Shown: positions 62,201 through 64,000 of the stretch, piece by piece
Layout: each line of letters opens with the position of its first letter
Numbering within the stretch: position 1 is the first letter of the stretch
Assembly: GCA_973895155.1 (NCBI GenBank)
Contig: OZ316893.1
Coordinates: 26,772,798 to 26,836,797 of the forward strand
Origin: Marsupella aquatica
Lineage: Eukaryota > Plantae > Marchantiophyta
DNA: 64,000 nt
Reading direction: 5' to 3'
Made by a program: the position numbers and the translations under genes
The notes under the pieces: generated by a model
What the model saw: the letters and a program-made list of their open reading frames with translations, nothing else
What the model was told of the DNA's origin: nothing
The model's database searches: none

Positions 62201-64000
62201 GTGGTGCCTAACTGCATTGTGAGTTACCATAGTAGACCACCATGTGCCTTGTCATAGTCCACTGCGTGCAGTCCTATTTGCTGACAATACAATCTAATAA
62301 GGGGTACCAACTGGGCTACCAACACGTACATGTGCTTGAAGGGGGCTTGAAGATATAATGGATTTTATCTTAAAATGATTCTAGATTTGAGGGGATCCGT
62401 CCCTACTTGACAGCGGGTTTGTACATCATTTCTAGTCCAGTTCTTGCAGGTCTACAAATTTTCCTTGTGGAATGAGGGTTTACGGTTTTCAGACATTTAT
62501 CGTGGCTGGAGGGTTTTAGGGTGTCTCAATCATTTCTTGTCTTCTGCTTCTGAGACACCTCAAGATTCAATCACTTAAGTGTCCCTGCCAGAATTGAACA
62601 CTTTTGGCATTCAATTAATCAGGGGCAAATGGCCAAAACTAGAGTTTTCATTGTACACAACATCCATGTTCTGTTTCTGAGACACTTAGAGATTTTTTCT
62701 ACGCTGTAGGGGCTTTAAGGCCAAAGTAGAGGTTTGTCGGCTGGTTTCACACTCAAAGACAACTTTGGGTTTGGCTAATGGAAGACAATTTTTCAAGACT
62801 TGGACAACTTTTGAATCATCTCAATCCTGAAGACATGAACCATACATGAACCATACTGTCTTCACTTCAGTTACATCTAATTCGGGCAGCAGCGACTTGG
62901 TTCCCCCATGAGTTTCTATATAGATCTTGTGGGTGACCATTACATTAATTTGGGGCCACACCTCTTTATATTTCCCGTGAGGTTATAACCTAGACCAGCA
63001 ATTGATGGGAAGTGGCTGCATTATAATCTGAAGGGAAGAACACGGAGGTGACTGGCCCCTGATTAGTCTAAAACCTCCCAATGGGCTATGGGCCCTTAAA
63101 AGGTAGGGCGATGTAGCAATATGTAGCCCCAGATTAGTGTAAAGACTCCCTAAGGACAATGGGCCTCTACAAAACAAGGCGGTGTGCACAGCAATGTGAC
63201 AGGAAGTTTCCGGAGGTCAAGACGGTGGACACTGGCGCGGAGAAACCTCATGTCATCAAGCAGAAAACATCGGAAACAGACATATCTCGTTCCTGTTTGC
63301 TGAAATCAATCACTACTGTACTTCCACTAGACTTGAGATCTCGTTCATGTATGCTGTAATTAATCACTACTGTACTTACACTAGACTTGGCACATCGCGG
63401 ACTCATTTGGGCAGACCAAACTGCAGAGCCCTACGTAATTAGACAAAATTTCGCTGCACCCTTTGATCGATGTCGTGTAAGAAGTTGCTCCTAGCCTTCT
63501 TTCTCTCACGGCAGAGACATACAACTCCGTCGTCTCACTGCAAACTGAGTGATCCGCTCCAGGGTGGAATGCGCGATCGAACAATTTGTACCATAGAATT
63601 CGTTAGTACCAGAATTCTGACTTCATTCTGTGGTACAAGACATATATTGAACCGAATGAAGGCCGGCTGAGCTCTGGGTCCGGGCTCGGAGTTCGTTCGA
63701 GAAAAGATATGCCTTGAACCATAGGAATTCGTTAGTACCCGGCATGTGAGCAATCAGCTAATCATTTGCTCAGTGCAGCGTGTCCAACTAATCCATGGAA
63801 GCATTTGGCCTGTACTTAACGCTTGGACAGTCAGACGGCTATTTGAAATGGCCACCGGTGCTTTCACCTTTCCTACCCCAACCCAATTTTAATTCAAGTG
63901 GGCAGAAGAACGAAGTCTACGGCGGATTTGAGTGGAGCACTGAGAATTTGATGTGGGCCATAGGGTATTTCTTTCCTTCAACCTCCATCCACTACGTTCC

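Noticed and set aside
59700-64000. Copia or other element remnants at the right end
   Set aside because: Only scattered short similarities and small duplications (63307/63361, 63591/63720). No diagnostic motif.

Overview
Eukaryotic, gene-poor, repeat-rich window, most likely a non-seed land plant (bryophyte-like). That assignment is inferred from the C2H2 gene type and the LINE and CRE-like element types, not from a search. Only one clearly intact host gene is present: an intronless C2H2 zinc-finger gene (16850-18229, +) related to the WIP/STOP1/IDD group. Downstream of its stop codon is an array of about 8-9 dispersed stem-loops (about 18.6-19.7 kb). They share a 5'-CACC-CA-GAC...GTC-N-TG-N-GGTG-3' core with two bulges, mostly purine/GGA-rich loops, and basal stems that differ in sequence but still pair. 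This candidate multi-copy 3'-UTR RNA element is the most novel feature. The rest is mobile DNA and its debris: a young 5'-truncated CRE-like (RLE) non-LTR insertion with an 11-bp TSD (34096-35301), a decayed L1-clade LINE (about 45.8-50.1 kb, -), a Tourist/PIF-Harbinger MITE with TAA TSD (30781-31153), other MITE and LTR remnants, minisatellites, and three decayed paralogous genes of a Mutator-like (WRKY/GCM-fold plus DDE) family. One of these is split across about 20.5-33.2 kb; the other two form a convergent pair at about 52.7-59.2 kb. All protein-family calls come from motifs read by eye; no searches were run.
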